Part shown: positions 21,378-29,142 of the stretch, in pieces
How the letters are laid out: every line of letters begins with the position of its first letter
Numbering within the stretch: the stretch's first letter is position 1
Sequence record: PZ179881.1
Direction: 5' to 3' (one strand)
Length of the DNA stretch: 41,801 nucleotides
From: a phage
The notes under the pieces: generated by a model
Told to the model about the DNA's origin: nothing
Database searches by the model: none
Seen by the model: only the letters and a program-made list of their open reading frames with translations
Program-made: the position numbers and the translations under genes

Positions 21378-23828
21378 ATGGCAACACTGGAACAACAGTT
21401 GGAGTGGGAGCGTAAGCACCGTGAGCTAGGCCAGGCTAAGATGGCTGCGCAGCTACAGGCTGCAAAGGAAGACGGACGCATAACCGATACTCCCCTGGGT
21501 TCCGTTGTGCTTCGCCGTTACCTGCTCTGGCTGTCTCGTAAGATAGCGAAGGACGTAACCACTGACCTGGACGAGCCGGGGCGCAGCAAGGCGTATAGCC
21601 CTCTGCTGTTCTCCCTGGACATGGACGCGGTGGCACTGCTGGCAATCTCTGAGGCGTTGAAGCTGTGTGTGGCTGGCCCGGTGCAGGCGACTACCCTGGG
21701 CTTCGCCATCGGCAAGGTGCTGTATGGTGAGCTTGCTCTCGCAGCATTCCGCGACATGAACGCGAATCTGTATGAGGTGCTGACCGAAGACCTCCAGCGC
21801 AAGATGAGTAAAGACCTGCGCCACCGCATGACTATCTTCCGTATGCAGGCCCAGAAGAACGGCATTGAGCTGCCGGAGTGGACGCCGACGCAGAAGCTCC
21901 AGGTGGGTATGTACGTCATGGGCCTCATGAGTACGCCGAACGAAGACGGTGAGGTACTGCTGGAGAACACGCTCAAGAGCTACGGCAAGAAGACCAAGTA
22001 CATGGTTGACCTCGCGCCGGAAATCCACAAGCTCATGCAGGGTATTGAGGGCAGCATCATCGGTCGTTCCGGGTTCGCGGCACCGTGTCTGATTCCTCCG
22101 CAGGACTGGACGGGTGAAGAAGGTGTCGGCGGGTTCCACGGCGACCTCAAGATTCGCGCTGTACGTTTCTTCAAAGGTTCTACCTATCAATGGGAGGTTA
22201 TGAATAGCGAGGGCCATAATCCAGAGGTCACCCTGGCTATGCTCAACGCTCACCAGAAGGTAGCTTGGAAGGTAAATCCTTTCATTCTCGACTTATTGAA
22301 AGGTATGCGCTATCACGGATACGGTATCCGTAAGAAGGTCGAGTTCAGCAGCGCACACGAGAAGATTAAACCTGAGCGCCTGGAGTGGCTCGACACGGTT
22401 AAGGAAGGAGACTTCACAGATGTGCAGCAGTACAACTTCGAGACGTGGAAGCGGAAGATGCGCGACTGGCACACTGAGGCCAAACGCATTGGTCGTGTTG
22501 AACTGCGGTGCAACATGGCGATTAGTGCGGCTCAGGAAGTCAGCACGTTAGACCGATTTTACTATGTATATCAAGTAGATAACCGTGGTCGCATGTATCC
22601 GGTATCCGGGCTGCTTAACCCGCAGGGCAGTGACGTGCAGAAGGCGTTGCTCCACGCAGCGGACGGCGAGCCGATTGATACGCCGGAGGCACTCTGGTGG
22701 TTCAAGATGGGTATCGCCAGCAAGTTCGGCATAGATAAACTGGCCCCGGAAGACTGCGTTAAATGGGTGGACGACAACCATGCAAACATCATCCGGGCCG
22801 CTGACGACCCACTTGACCGAGACGCTTTTAACTGGTGGACTGGCGCTGATAAACCCTTGCAATTCATCGCCTTGTGTGATGAGTATCGCAGATATCACGA
22901 GTCACCAACCACCTTCGTCTCCCGCATCGCCGTCGCAATGGACGGAACCTGTAACGGCCTCCAGAACTATTCCGCCATGCTGCGAGATAGCGTGGGTGGA
23001 CGAGCTACAAACCTCATTAGCGCAGATAATGGCATACCTAACGATATCTATGGAGACGTCGCCAAAGCGTCATTTAAGCGACTTGGCAGAATGGAGGCGT
23101 CAAATCTGCGAACCGATTGGGTCAACTACGGCTTCGACCGTAGCCTTACTAAGAAGTCTGTAATGACCCAGGTGTACGGCTCCACCTTCGGTACTTGCCG
23201 AAAGTCAATCATTGAATACTGCTACGATAAACAAATCTTCGAAGGCTCGGAGTATGACCACGCTGATTATGCAGCGCGTCTGGTCTGGGACGGCATCGGG
23301 GATGTGGTTGTCAAGGCGAAGGAAGCGATGGACTGGCTGCGCAAGAGCGCCGGGGCGGTGATGAAGGAGGGTGCTGAGTACATTACCTGGCTGGCACCGA
23401 CCGGGTTCCGAGTCGTGCAGGTTTACAACAAGCACAAGACCATGCAGGTTCGTGCGCATATCGGCAAGAACGTGCGGCTGCGCGTACCTGACCCGGAGAA
23501 CATCGACGGGCCGGACAAGATGCGCCACCGTAACGCACTGCCGCCGAACTTCATTCACAGCATCGACAGTAGCCACATGGCGTTCGTATCGGTGCGCCTG
23601 GCGGCAGAGCTAGACGGGATGTTCATGCACTTCATCCACGACGACTTCGGGGTGCTGCCGAAACATGCGGCGCTGCTCTCGCGGGTAATTCGTGAGGAGT
23701 TCGTGAAGATGCACGAGAACTACAGCCTGGAGGACTTCAAGGCCGGGTATGAGTTCCTTGATGAGCCACCTGCAAAGGGTGACTTAGATATTAACTGTGT
23801 ATTAACCAGTGTTAACTTCTTTAGGTAA
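21378..23828 (+). CDS. Single-subunit DNA-dependent RNA polymerase (T7-like)
   Basis: 816 aa from ATG 21378 (AGAGGA upstream; track ORF starts at GTG 21357); conserved blocks MDGTCNGLQNYSAMLRDSVGGRATNL, PPNFIHSIDSSHM and FMHFIHDDFG align with T7 RNAP motifs. Confidence 0.9.
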   Translation: MATLEQQLEWERKHRELGQAKMAAQLQAAKEDGRITDTPLGSVVLRRYLLWLSRKIAKDVTTDLDEPGRSKAYSPLLFSLDMDAVALLAISEALKLCVAGPVQATTLGFAIGKVLYGELALAAFRDMNANLYEVLTEDLQRKMSKDLRHRMTIFRMQAQKNGIELPEWTPTQKLQVGMYVMGLMSTPNEDGEVLLENTLKSYGKKTKYMVDLAPEIHKLMQGIEGSIIGRSGFAAPCLIPPQDWTGEEGVGGFHGDLKIRAVRFFKGSTYQWEVMNSEGHNPEVTLAMLNAHQKVAWKVNPFILDLLKGMRYHGYGIRKKVEFSSAHEKIKPERLEWLDTVKEGDFTDVQQYNFETWKRKMRDWHTEAKRIGRVELRCNMAISAAQEVSTLDRFYYVYQVDNRGRMYPVSGLLNPQGSDVQKALLHAADGEPIDTPEALWWFKMGIASKFGIDKLAPEDCVKWVDDNHANIIRAADDPLDRDAFNWWTGADKPLQFIALCDEYRRYHESPTTFVSRIAVAMDGTCNGLQNYSAMLRDSVGGRATNLISADNGIPNDIYGDVAKASFKRLGRMEASNLRTDWVNYGFDRSLTKKSVMTQVYGSTFGTCRKSIIEYCYDKQIFEGSEYDHADYAARLVWDGIGDVVVKAKEAMDWLRKSAGAVMKEGAEYITWLAPTGFRVVQVYNKHKTMQVRAHIGKNVRLRVPDPENIDGPDKMRHRNALPPNFIHSIDSSHMAFVSVRLAAELDGMFMHFIHDDFGVLPKHAALLSRVIREEFVKMHENYSLEDFKAGYEFLDEPPAKGDLDINCVLTSVNFFR

Positions 23829-23854
23829 TAACAGTAAGATAACCTGGGTTAACC

Positions 23855-23874
23855 CTATAGCGGTGCCAATTCAG
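23855..23874 (-). promoter_or_regulatory. Inverted promoter-like copy (minus strand reads CTGAATTGGCACCGCTATAG then GGTTAACC)
   Basis: Reverse complement of + strand 23855-23874 matches the promoter consensus with one mismatch; points leftwards into the 3' end of the RNAP gene; back-to-back with the + strand promoter at 23911. Confidence 0.45.
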
Positions 23875-23910
23875 CGAAAGCTATCAGTTAACAGTGATTG
23901 ATAGGTGAAC

Positions 23911-23934
23911 CTGATTTGGCACTCCTATAGCAAC
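23911..23934 (+). promoter_or_regulatory. Phage RNAP promoter upstream of the structural module
   Basis: CTGATTTGGCACTCCTATAGCAAC, two mismatches to the other copies; followed by AACTAAACGG and a small ORF with a good SD. Confidence 0.65.
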
Positions 23935-23949
23935 TAAACGGAGATAAAC

Positions 23950-24129
23950 ATGGCTGAACAGAAGCAAGAAGTCCAAGTAATCGCCCGGCTGTCACCTGCT
24001 GCCTACTTGCAGTTGGAGAAAGCGTTGCCATCCGCAGCCGTACCCAAAGACGGTACAGCAGCGGCTTACCACCTCGGCATCCAGTACGTGCTAAGCGTCC
24101 TGCGTAATGGGTTTGTTAGCAATGCGTGA
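23950..24129 (+). CDS. Small hypothetical protein (59 aa)
   Basis: Not in ORF track; ATG 23950 with GGAG 7 nt upstream, ~20 nt downstream of a phage promoter start; strand-helix-helix-like pattern is only a guess. Confidence 0.4.
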   Translation: MAEQKQEVQVIARLSPAAYLQLEKALPSAAVPKDGTAAAYHLGIQYVLSVLRNGFVSNA

Positions 24130-24550
24130 GTTCGTTATCCGGCGACGGAAGGACGAGCCACCGTTCAACAAGCAAGCGGCAGAGGAACTAATCGAAGATA
24201 ACTGGTGGGCTGACCACGACCGACTGCAACCCGCGTTCGGTACGTCATTCCACTACGAGTGCGCTGTGTACAGCTTCCTGGCTGCGCAGCGGGTAGAAGG
24301 TTATCTTTGGGACGACGCAGGCCATATCATCGGCTGCGCTGTCTACGTTCGCCTGTACGATATCCATCACGGCTTGATAGCTTCCCCCATCACGGTGATA
24401 GTTAAGACTGAACACCGTGGAGACTTGAAAGTGACACGGAGGATGCAGAGGTTGATACGGCGGGTGGCTTCGGAAACCGGGGCTTCCCGGTTCTACCAGG
24501 TCACCCATGTGAACGATAAGGTTCAAATCCACAAACTGAGGAAAGTATAA
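24107..24550 (+). CDS. Hypothetical protein
   Basis: 147-aa ORF; start uncertain (ATG 24107 or 24122), overlaps the preceding small ORF. Confidence 0.55.
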   Translation: MGLLAMREFVIRRRKDEPPFNKQAAEELIEDNWWADHDRLQPAFGTSFHYECAVYSFLAAQRVEGYLWDDAGHIIGCAVYVRLYDIHHGLIASPITVIVKTEHRGDLKVTRRMQRLIRRVASETGASRFYQVTHVNDKVQIHKLRKV

Positions 24551-24969
24551 TGGGTGCAGTCAAGAAGGTATTCAAAGGCGCAGCTAAGGTAGTCAGTAAG
24601 GGTATCGGTGCAATCACTGGTTCCAATGCGGCTAAGAAGGCTGCTGAGCAGCAGGCTCAACAGATGAAGAACCAGACCAAGCAGATGCAGGAGCAGGCTA
24701 AGCAGGAGAGCATGACGGCGCTGCGCAATATCCAGGACACTGGTGCTCAGGTGTCGGCACAGCAGTCAATGCAGGAGTCGGCCCTGGAGCGTGACAAGGC
24801 GCGAGACGCGGCTGAGGAGAAACGTCGTAAAGCCCAGGAGGGCAGCGGTGAGTCTCTGGATGTTGCTATCGGCGGCACGGGCCAGGAGAGCGACGAGGAG
24901 AACATCCGACGCAACAACGTCCGTAACAGCTTCTTCTCTGGTGGCGGTTCAAGCGGCCTGCGTCTGTAA
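24550..24969 (+). CDS. Hypothetical protein, probably virion-associated
   Basis: 139 aa, Gln/Ala/Lys-rich, GAGGA upstream; sits immediately before the portal gene, a slot that holds small virion proteins in T7-group genomes. Confidence 0.5.
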   Translation: MGAVKKVFKGAAKVVSKGIGAITGSNAAKKAAEQQAQQMKNQTKQMQEQAKQESMTALRNIQDTGAQVSAQQSMQESALERDKARDAAEEKRRKAQEGSGESLDVAIGGTGQESDEENIRRNNVRNSFFSGGGSSGLRL

Positions 24970-24984
24970 TCAACGGGAGGTAAG

Positions 24985-26505
24985 ATGCGCACTAACGAAA
25001 CGGCTCAAAGCCGCTGGCAGAAACTGGACGCTAAGCGCCAGGGTATGCTGACGCGGTGTGAGCGGTACGCCGCTCTTACCTTACCCAGCGTGTGTCCCGA
25101 AGACAGTTACGACGAGGGTACTGACGAGTTAAGTCAGTCCCTCAACTCTATCGGCGCACAGGCGGTCAACAGCTTGACGAACAAGATGATGCTGGCAATG
25201 TTCGCACCATCCCGACCGTTCATGAAGTTTGACCTCCCGGTGGGTGAGAAGAATAAAATCCTCAAGGCGCTGGGCCTGGACGACGCGGCGTTCCGTGAGG
25301 AAATGGCAGTAGCCGAGAAGGAGGCAATTCGCTTCCTGGACAGCACGGGCAGTCGGCCTAAGCTGTATGACCTGTTCAACCACTTAATCATCACGGGTAA
25401 CGCTCTCAAGCTCAACGAGAACGACACCATGCGAATCATCGGCATCAAGGACTTCGTTAGCCGCCGAAACGTGCAGGGTCGTGTGATTGAGATTATCTTC
25501 CGCGAATGCGTGGACGTGGACGAGCTGCCGGAAGACCTCCAGCAATTCGCCTACACGTTGAAGCACACGGACGATAAGCAGGTGCATTACTACCGCTGGT
25601 GGGTGTGGGACGGCAAGAAGTACATTGAGCGTCAGTATCTGGACGATACGCACATCACCCTGCCGAAGTACAACGGGCAGTACAAGCCGGAGGACATGCC
25701 TGCACAGCACCATGTGTGGCGCATCGCTGACAAGCGTAATTACGGCATTGGCCACGTTGAGGACTACATCGGTGACTTCGAAGGGCTTGACCAGCTCACT
25801 GAGGCTGAGGTCAACGGCGCTATCCTGGCGTCTGAGTTCCGCTGGCTGGCCAACCCCGGCGGCATGACCCGACCGGAAGACATTCAGCGCTCCCGCAACG
25901 GTGACGTTGTGCCTGGCCAGGATGGTGACCTGTCACTGATTAACGCCGGGCAGGTAGCTGGTGCATTGCAGGTTGTGTCGGCATCCGCTGACAAGTACAT
26001 CCGCCGCATCGGGCAGGGCTTCCTGCTAACCTCCGCAGTACAGCGCGACGCTGAGCGTGTCACCGCTGAGGAGATTCGACTGCTGGCGAATGAGCTGGAG
26101 ACTGGCCTGGGTGGTATCTACTCCCGCCTGGCGATTGACCTCCAGCTACCGATTGCGCACTGGCTGATGAAGAACGTCGATAACGGCATCTTCAAGGGCA
26201 GCGACTTCCAGCCTGTTATCGTGACTGGCCTGGATGCGCTATCCCGTAACGGCGACCTGGAGAACATGCAGTTGTTCCTGGGTGACGTGGCGCAAATCAC
26301 CTCAATGCCGCCAGAGGTACAGCAGTATCTCAAACTGGACACCATCTTCTCTGCACTTGCAGCAGGTCGCGGACTTCGTTCCTCCGACTTCATCAACAAA
26401 CAGAGTGAGGTTGACCAGCGAAACGCTGAGGCGCAAGCCCAGATGCAACAGCAACAACTCGAAGCAGCAGGTGTTGACGCTGCGCTCAAGAAACAAGCTA
26501 AGTAA
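24985..26505 (+). CDS. Portal (head-tail connector) protein
   Basis: 506 aa; GGGAGG upstream; first large gene of the structural module, followed by scaffold and capsid. Confidence 0.8.
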   Translation: MRTNETAQSRWQKLDAKRQGMLTRCERYAALTLPSVCPEDSYDEGTDELSQSLNSIGAQAVNSLTNKMMLAMFAPSRPFMKFDLPVGEKNKILKALGLDDAAFREEMAVAEKEAIRFLDSTGSRPKLYDLFNHLIITGNALKLNENDTMRIIGIKDFVSRRNVQGRVIEIIFRECVDVDELPEDLQQFAYTLKHTDDKQVHYYRWWVWDGKKYIERQYLDDTHITLPKYNGQYKPEDMPAQHHVWRIADKRNYGIGHVEDYIGDFEGLDQLTEAEVNGAILASEFRWLANPGGMTRPEDIQRSRNGDVVPGQDGDLSLINAGQVAGALQVVSASADKYIRRIGQGFLLTSAVQRDAERVTAEEIRLLANELETGLGGIYSRLAIDLQLPIAHWLMKNVDNGIFKGSDFQPVIVTGLDALSRNGDLENMQLFLGDVAQITSMPPEVQQYLKLDTIFSALAAGRGLRSSDFINKQSEVDQRNAEAQAQMQQQQLEAAGVDAALKKQAK

Positions 26506-26516
26506 GAGGACATAAC

Positions 26517-27353
26517 ATGCTTTTCATGAACATTGCACGTAAATTCGGCTCCGTATTCATGGACGTTGAAACTGGTGGTGAGGGCGCTGCCGCTGGCGGT
26601 GCCGAGGCTGGTGCCGAAGCGGGTGCGGAGGTTGAGAAGGCTGGCAAGGTAACGCTGGGCGACCCTGCTAAGCCGGAAGTCAAGCCGGAGGTTACTCCTG
26701 AGAAGGTGACCGAGGAGCCTGGCGCGGTTGAAGACAACGGGATGCAGCAGTACATTGACCAGTACCAGGAGGAGAATCCTGCTCTGGGCCTGGCGCTGGG
26801 CTTCCTGCGCGACGCTGGCATTAGCCCGACCGACCCGGCATTCCAACTGGCAGAGGTCGAGGGCGACTTCGAGCTGCTGAAAGCTACCCTGGCGGCTAAG
26901 GCGCTGCCCGGCACCGACGCAATGGTTGCCATCCTGGAGAAGGCGGTCGCAAGCCACTTCGAAGCGGTGGAGAAGGCTGAGGCTGAAACCACGGCACTGG
27001 TGACGGAAATCCTGGGCGAGCAGAAGGACGAGGTGCTGGAATGGGCGCGTTCTACTGCGAGCGACGAGGAGAAGACGGCATTCAACGATATGCTGGAAGC
27101 GGGCGGTGTATATGCTCGTGCGGCGGCTGTGCTGCTGCGTGAGGCGTTCCAGGGTTCTGGCAACACCATCCCGGCGAAACATGCGGTTGAGACGGCGACA
27201 CCTGGCGCAGTAGCCAACGGCCCGCTGACCGCCCGTGAGTTCGCGGCTGAGACTGAGAAGCTGGCGCGTAAGCTGGGCGGTGACCCGCGTGGTTCCGCAG
27301 AGTATGCGCAGATTCAGCGCCGTCGTGAAGCAGGCCGTAAGCGCGGCATCTAA
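26517..27353 (+). CDS. Scaffolding protein
   Basis: 278 aa, highly acidic, Ala/Glu-rich helical; between portal and capsid. Confidence 0.65.
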   Translation: MLFMNIARKFGSVFMDVETGGEGAAAGGAEAGAEAGAEVEKAGKVTLGDPAKPEVKPEVTPEKVTEEPGAVEDNGMQQYIDQYQEENPALGLALGFLRDAGISPTDPAFQLAEVEGDFELLKATLAAKALPGTDAMVAILEKAVASHFEAVEKAEAETTALVTEILGEQKDEVLEWARSTASDEEKTAFNDMLEAGGVYARAAAVLLREAFQGSGNTIPAKHAVETATPGAVANGPLTAREFAAETEKLARKLGGDPRGSAEYAQIQRRREAGRKRGI

Positions 27354-27361
27354 GCCAAAAG

Positions 27362-27385
27362 TTGAATTGGCACCCCTATAGCAAC
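27362..27385 (+). promoter_or_regulatory. Phage RNAP promoter upstream of major capsid gene
   Basis: TTGAATTGGCACCCCTATAGCAAC followed by the conserved AACTAAACGA and a hairpin; ~60 nt before the capsid start. Confidence 0.7.
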
Positions 27386-27396
27386 TAAACGATTCG

Positions 27397-27414
27397 ACGG
27401 GCTTCGCGGCCCGT
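27397..27414 (+). promoter_or_regulatory. 5' UTR hairpin of the capsid transcript
   Basis: ACGGGC-TTCGCG-GCCCGT about 16 nt downstream of the predicted +1 of the capsid promoter; comparable to the 5' stem-loop of T7 late transcripts. Confidence 0.4.
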
Positions 27415-27440
27415 TCTACTTCTCATGAGGAAAGTGAAAT

Positions 27441-28460
27441 ATGTCTATTTTTGACGGTCAGACCCCATCCTACGACGTAACCCGCCCGAACCAGCGCCAC
27501 GGCGCAGGCGACCCGCTGGCTGACGTAACCGAGCAGTTCACTGGTACTGTGGAAGGCACCATCAAGCGCCGCTCCATCATGGCTGGTTTCGTTCCGGTAC
27601 GTTCCGTTCGCGGTACTTCCACGATTTCTAACCGTGGTATCTCCAAAGCCAAGCTCCAGAAGATTGCGCCGGGTACTACCCCACCGCCGTCTACTGAGCC
27701 GCACACCTCCAAAATCTTCCTGAAAATCGACACGGTAATCATCGCTCGAAACGCTGAGCCGATGCTGGATGAGTTCCAGACCGACTTCGATTACCAGGGC
27801 GAAGTGGCGCGTGAGCAGGGCCAGGAAATCGCCAACATGTACGATGAAACCTTCTTCATCATGGCGGCTAAAGCAGCTCTGGCGACCGACTCCGTGTACG
27901 GCACCGCAGCTCAGATGCCTGGTCACTCCGGTGGTAACATCGTGACCCTGGCAGGCGCTAACGACTACAAAGACCCGGCTAAGCTGTACGCAGCTATCGC
28001 GTCTCTGGTCGAGAAGTTCCTGGAGAAGGACGTTCGCCCGAACGAAGAAGACATGATTCTGGTTCTGCCTCCGGCTGCGTTCACCGCGCTGATGCAGGCT
28101 GAGCACATCACTAACGGTGAGTACGTTACCTCCGCTGGTGAGACTCTGAACACCAAATACATGTTCGCTGCTTTCGGCGTTCCGGTAATCACCTCCAACA
28201 ACGCAGTATTCGGTAAGACCATTACCGACCACCTGCTGTCCAACGCCAACAACGAGAAAGCCTACGACGGTGACTTCAAAGATATCGTCGCTCAGATGTT
28301 CTCTCCGAAGGCGCTGCTGGCTGGTTCTACCATCCCGGTAACCTCCAAAATCTTCTTCGACGACCTCTCTAAACTGTGGTTCATCGACTCCTGGCTGGCA
28401 TTCGGCGTGACCATCAACCGTACTGAGTACGCTGGTGTTATCAAGCTGCCTGCTGCCTAA
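27441..28460 (+). CDS. Major capsid protein
   Basis: 339 aa; preceded by a phage promoter and 5' hairpin, followed by a strong terminator; size and position as T7 gp10A. Confidence 0.8.
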   Translation: MSIFDGQTPSYDVTRPNQRHGAGDPLADVTEQFTGTVEGTIKRRSIMAGFVPVRSVRGTSTISNRGISKAKLQKIAPGTTPPPSTEPHTSKIFLKIDTVIIARNAEPMLDEFQTDFDYQGEVAREQGQEIANMYDETFFIMAAKAALATDSVYGTAAQMPGHSGGNIVTLAGANDYKDPAKLYAAIASLVEKFLEKDVRPNEEDMILVLPPAAFTALMQAEHITNGEYVTSAGETLNTKYMFAAFGVPVITSNNAVFGKTITDHLLSNANNEKAYDGDFKDIVAQMFSPKALLAGSTIPVTSKIFFDDLSKLWFIDSWLAFGVTINRTEYAGVIKLPAA

Positions 28461-28465
28461 TTAGT

Positions 28466-28499
28466 AGTGGCCCTTCGGGGCCGCTTCTTCTTTCTCCTG
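28466..28499 (+). terminator. Stem-loop terminator after major capsid gene (T7 Tphi-like position)
   Basis: GTGGCCC-TTCG-GGGCCGC hairpin (7-bp stem with one G-U pair, tetraloop) followed by a pyrimidine-rich run CTTCTTCTTTCTCC, 6 nt after the capsid stop. Confidence 0.6.
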
Positions 28500-28534
28500 T
28501 ATCCGCTTTGGGTGCAGAATAAAGAGGAGGCTTA

Positions 28535-29140
28535 ATGTTTACTGAACTTGACGTGGTTAACGCCTGTCTCGCCACCCTGGGTGAGCTGCCGCTGGTCGAA
28601 CTGACCGACGAGCATCCTATGGTCGCAGCAGCGCGAGTCAACCTCACGGAAGCAATCGTATCAGAAATGCACCGCCAATGGTGGTTCAATACTGATTACG
28701 TTCATTTAGCAGCAACGGAAGAAGGGTACATTTACGCACCCGCAGATGCCGTAGCTGTGAAAGTTGCCAATTGCTCAAATCTTACCCTACGTGGACGCAG
28801 ACTGTACGACCGCTACAACAGCACGTATGTTCTGGGCTACGACGTGGACGCCGTGGTTATCCGCAACATCCCATTCGAAGACCTGCCCGGTATGGCGCAG
28901 ATTCTGGTGAAGGATGCGGCGGTGCTGCAATTCCAGATTAACTACGACGCCGACAGCACGAAGACGCAGCAGCTACAGTCCAAGTACGCCAACTCGTACC
29001 GACTGCTTAACGCTGAACACACCCGCCAGATTGCAGCTAACCAGCTTGAGAATCCGGGCGTGGCGGTGGCACGTATGAACGCTGGTGTTCGTCCTCGCCG
29101 CAATCGTCCGTATGGCGCTAACACAATTCGCACGAGGTAA
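28535..29140 (+). CDS. Tail tubular protein A
   Basis: 201 aa, AGGAGG upstream; position and size as T7 gp11. Confidence 0.7.
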   Translation: MFTELDVVNACLATLGELPLVELTDEHPMVAAARVNLTEAIVSEMHRQWWFNTDYVHLAATEEGYIYAPADAVAVKVANCSNLTLRGRRLYDRYNSTYVLGYDVDAVVIRNIPFEDLPGMAQILVKDAAVLQFQINYDADSTKTQQLQSKYANSYRLLNAEHTRQIAANQLENPGVAVARMNAGVRPRRNRPYGANTIRTR

Positions 29141-29142
29141 CA

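Noticed and set aside
21453-22253. Minus-strand ORFs of 266 and 152 aa
   Set aside because: Antisense within the RNA polymerase gene; no ribosome-binding sites.
26118-27217. Minus-strand ORFs of 354 and 239 aa
   Set aside because: Antisense to the portal and scaffold genes; low-complexity Ala/Ser/Arg-rich translations typical of shadow ORFs.
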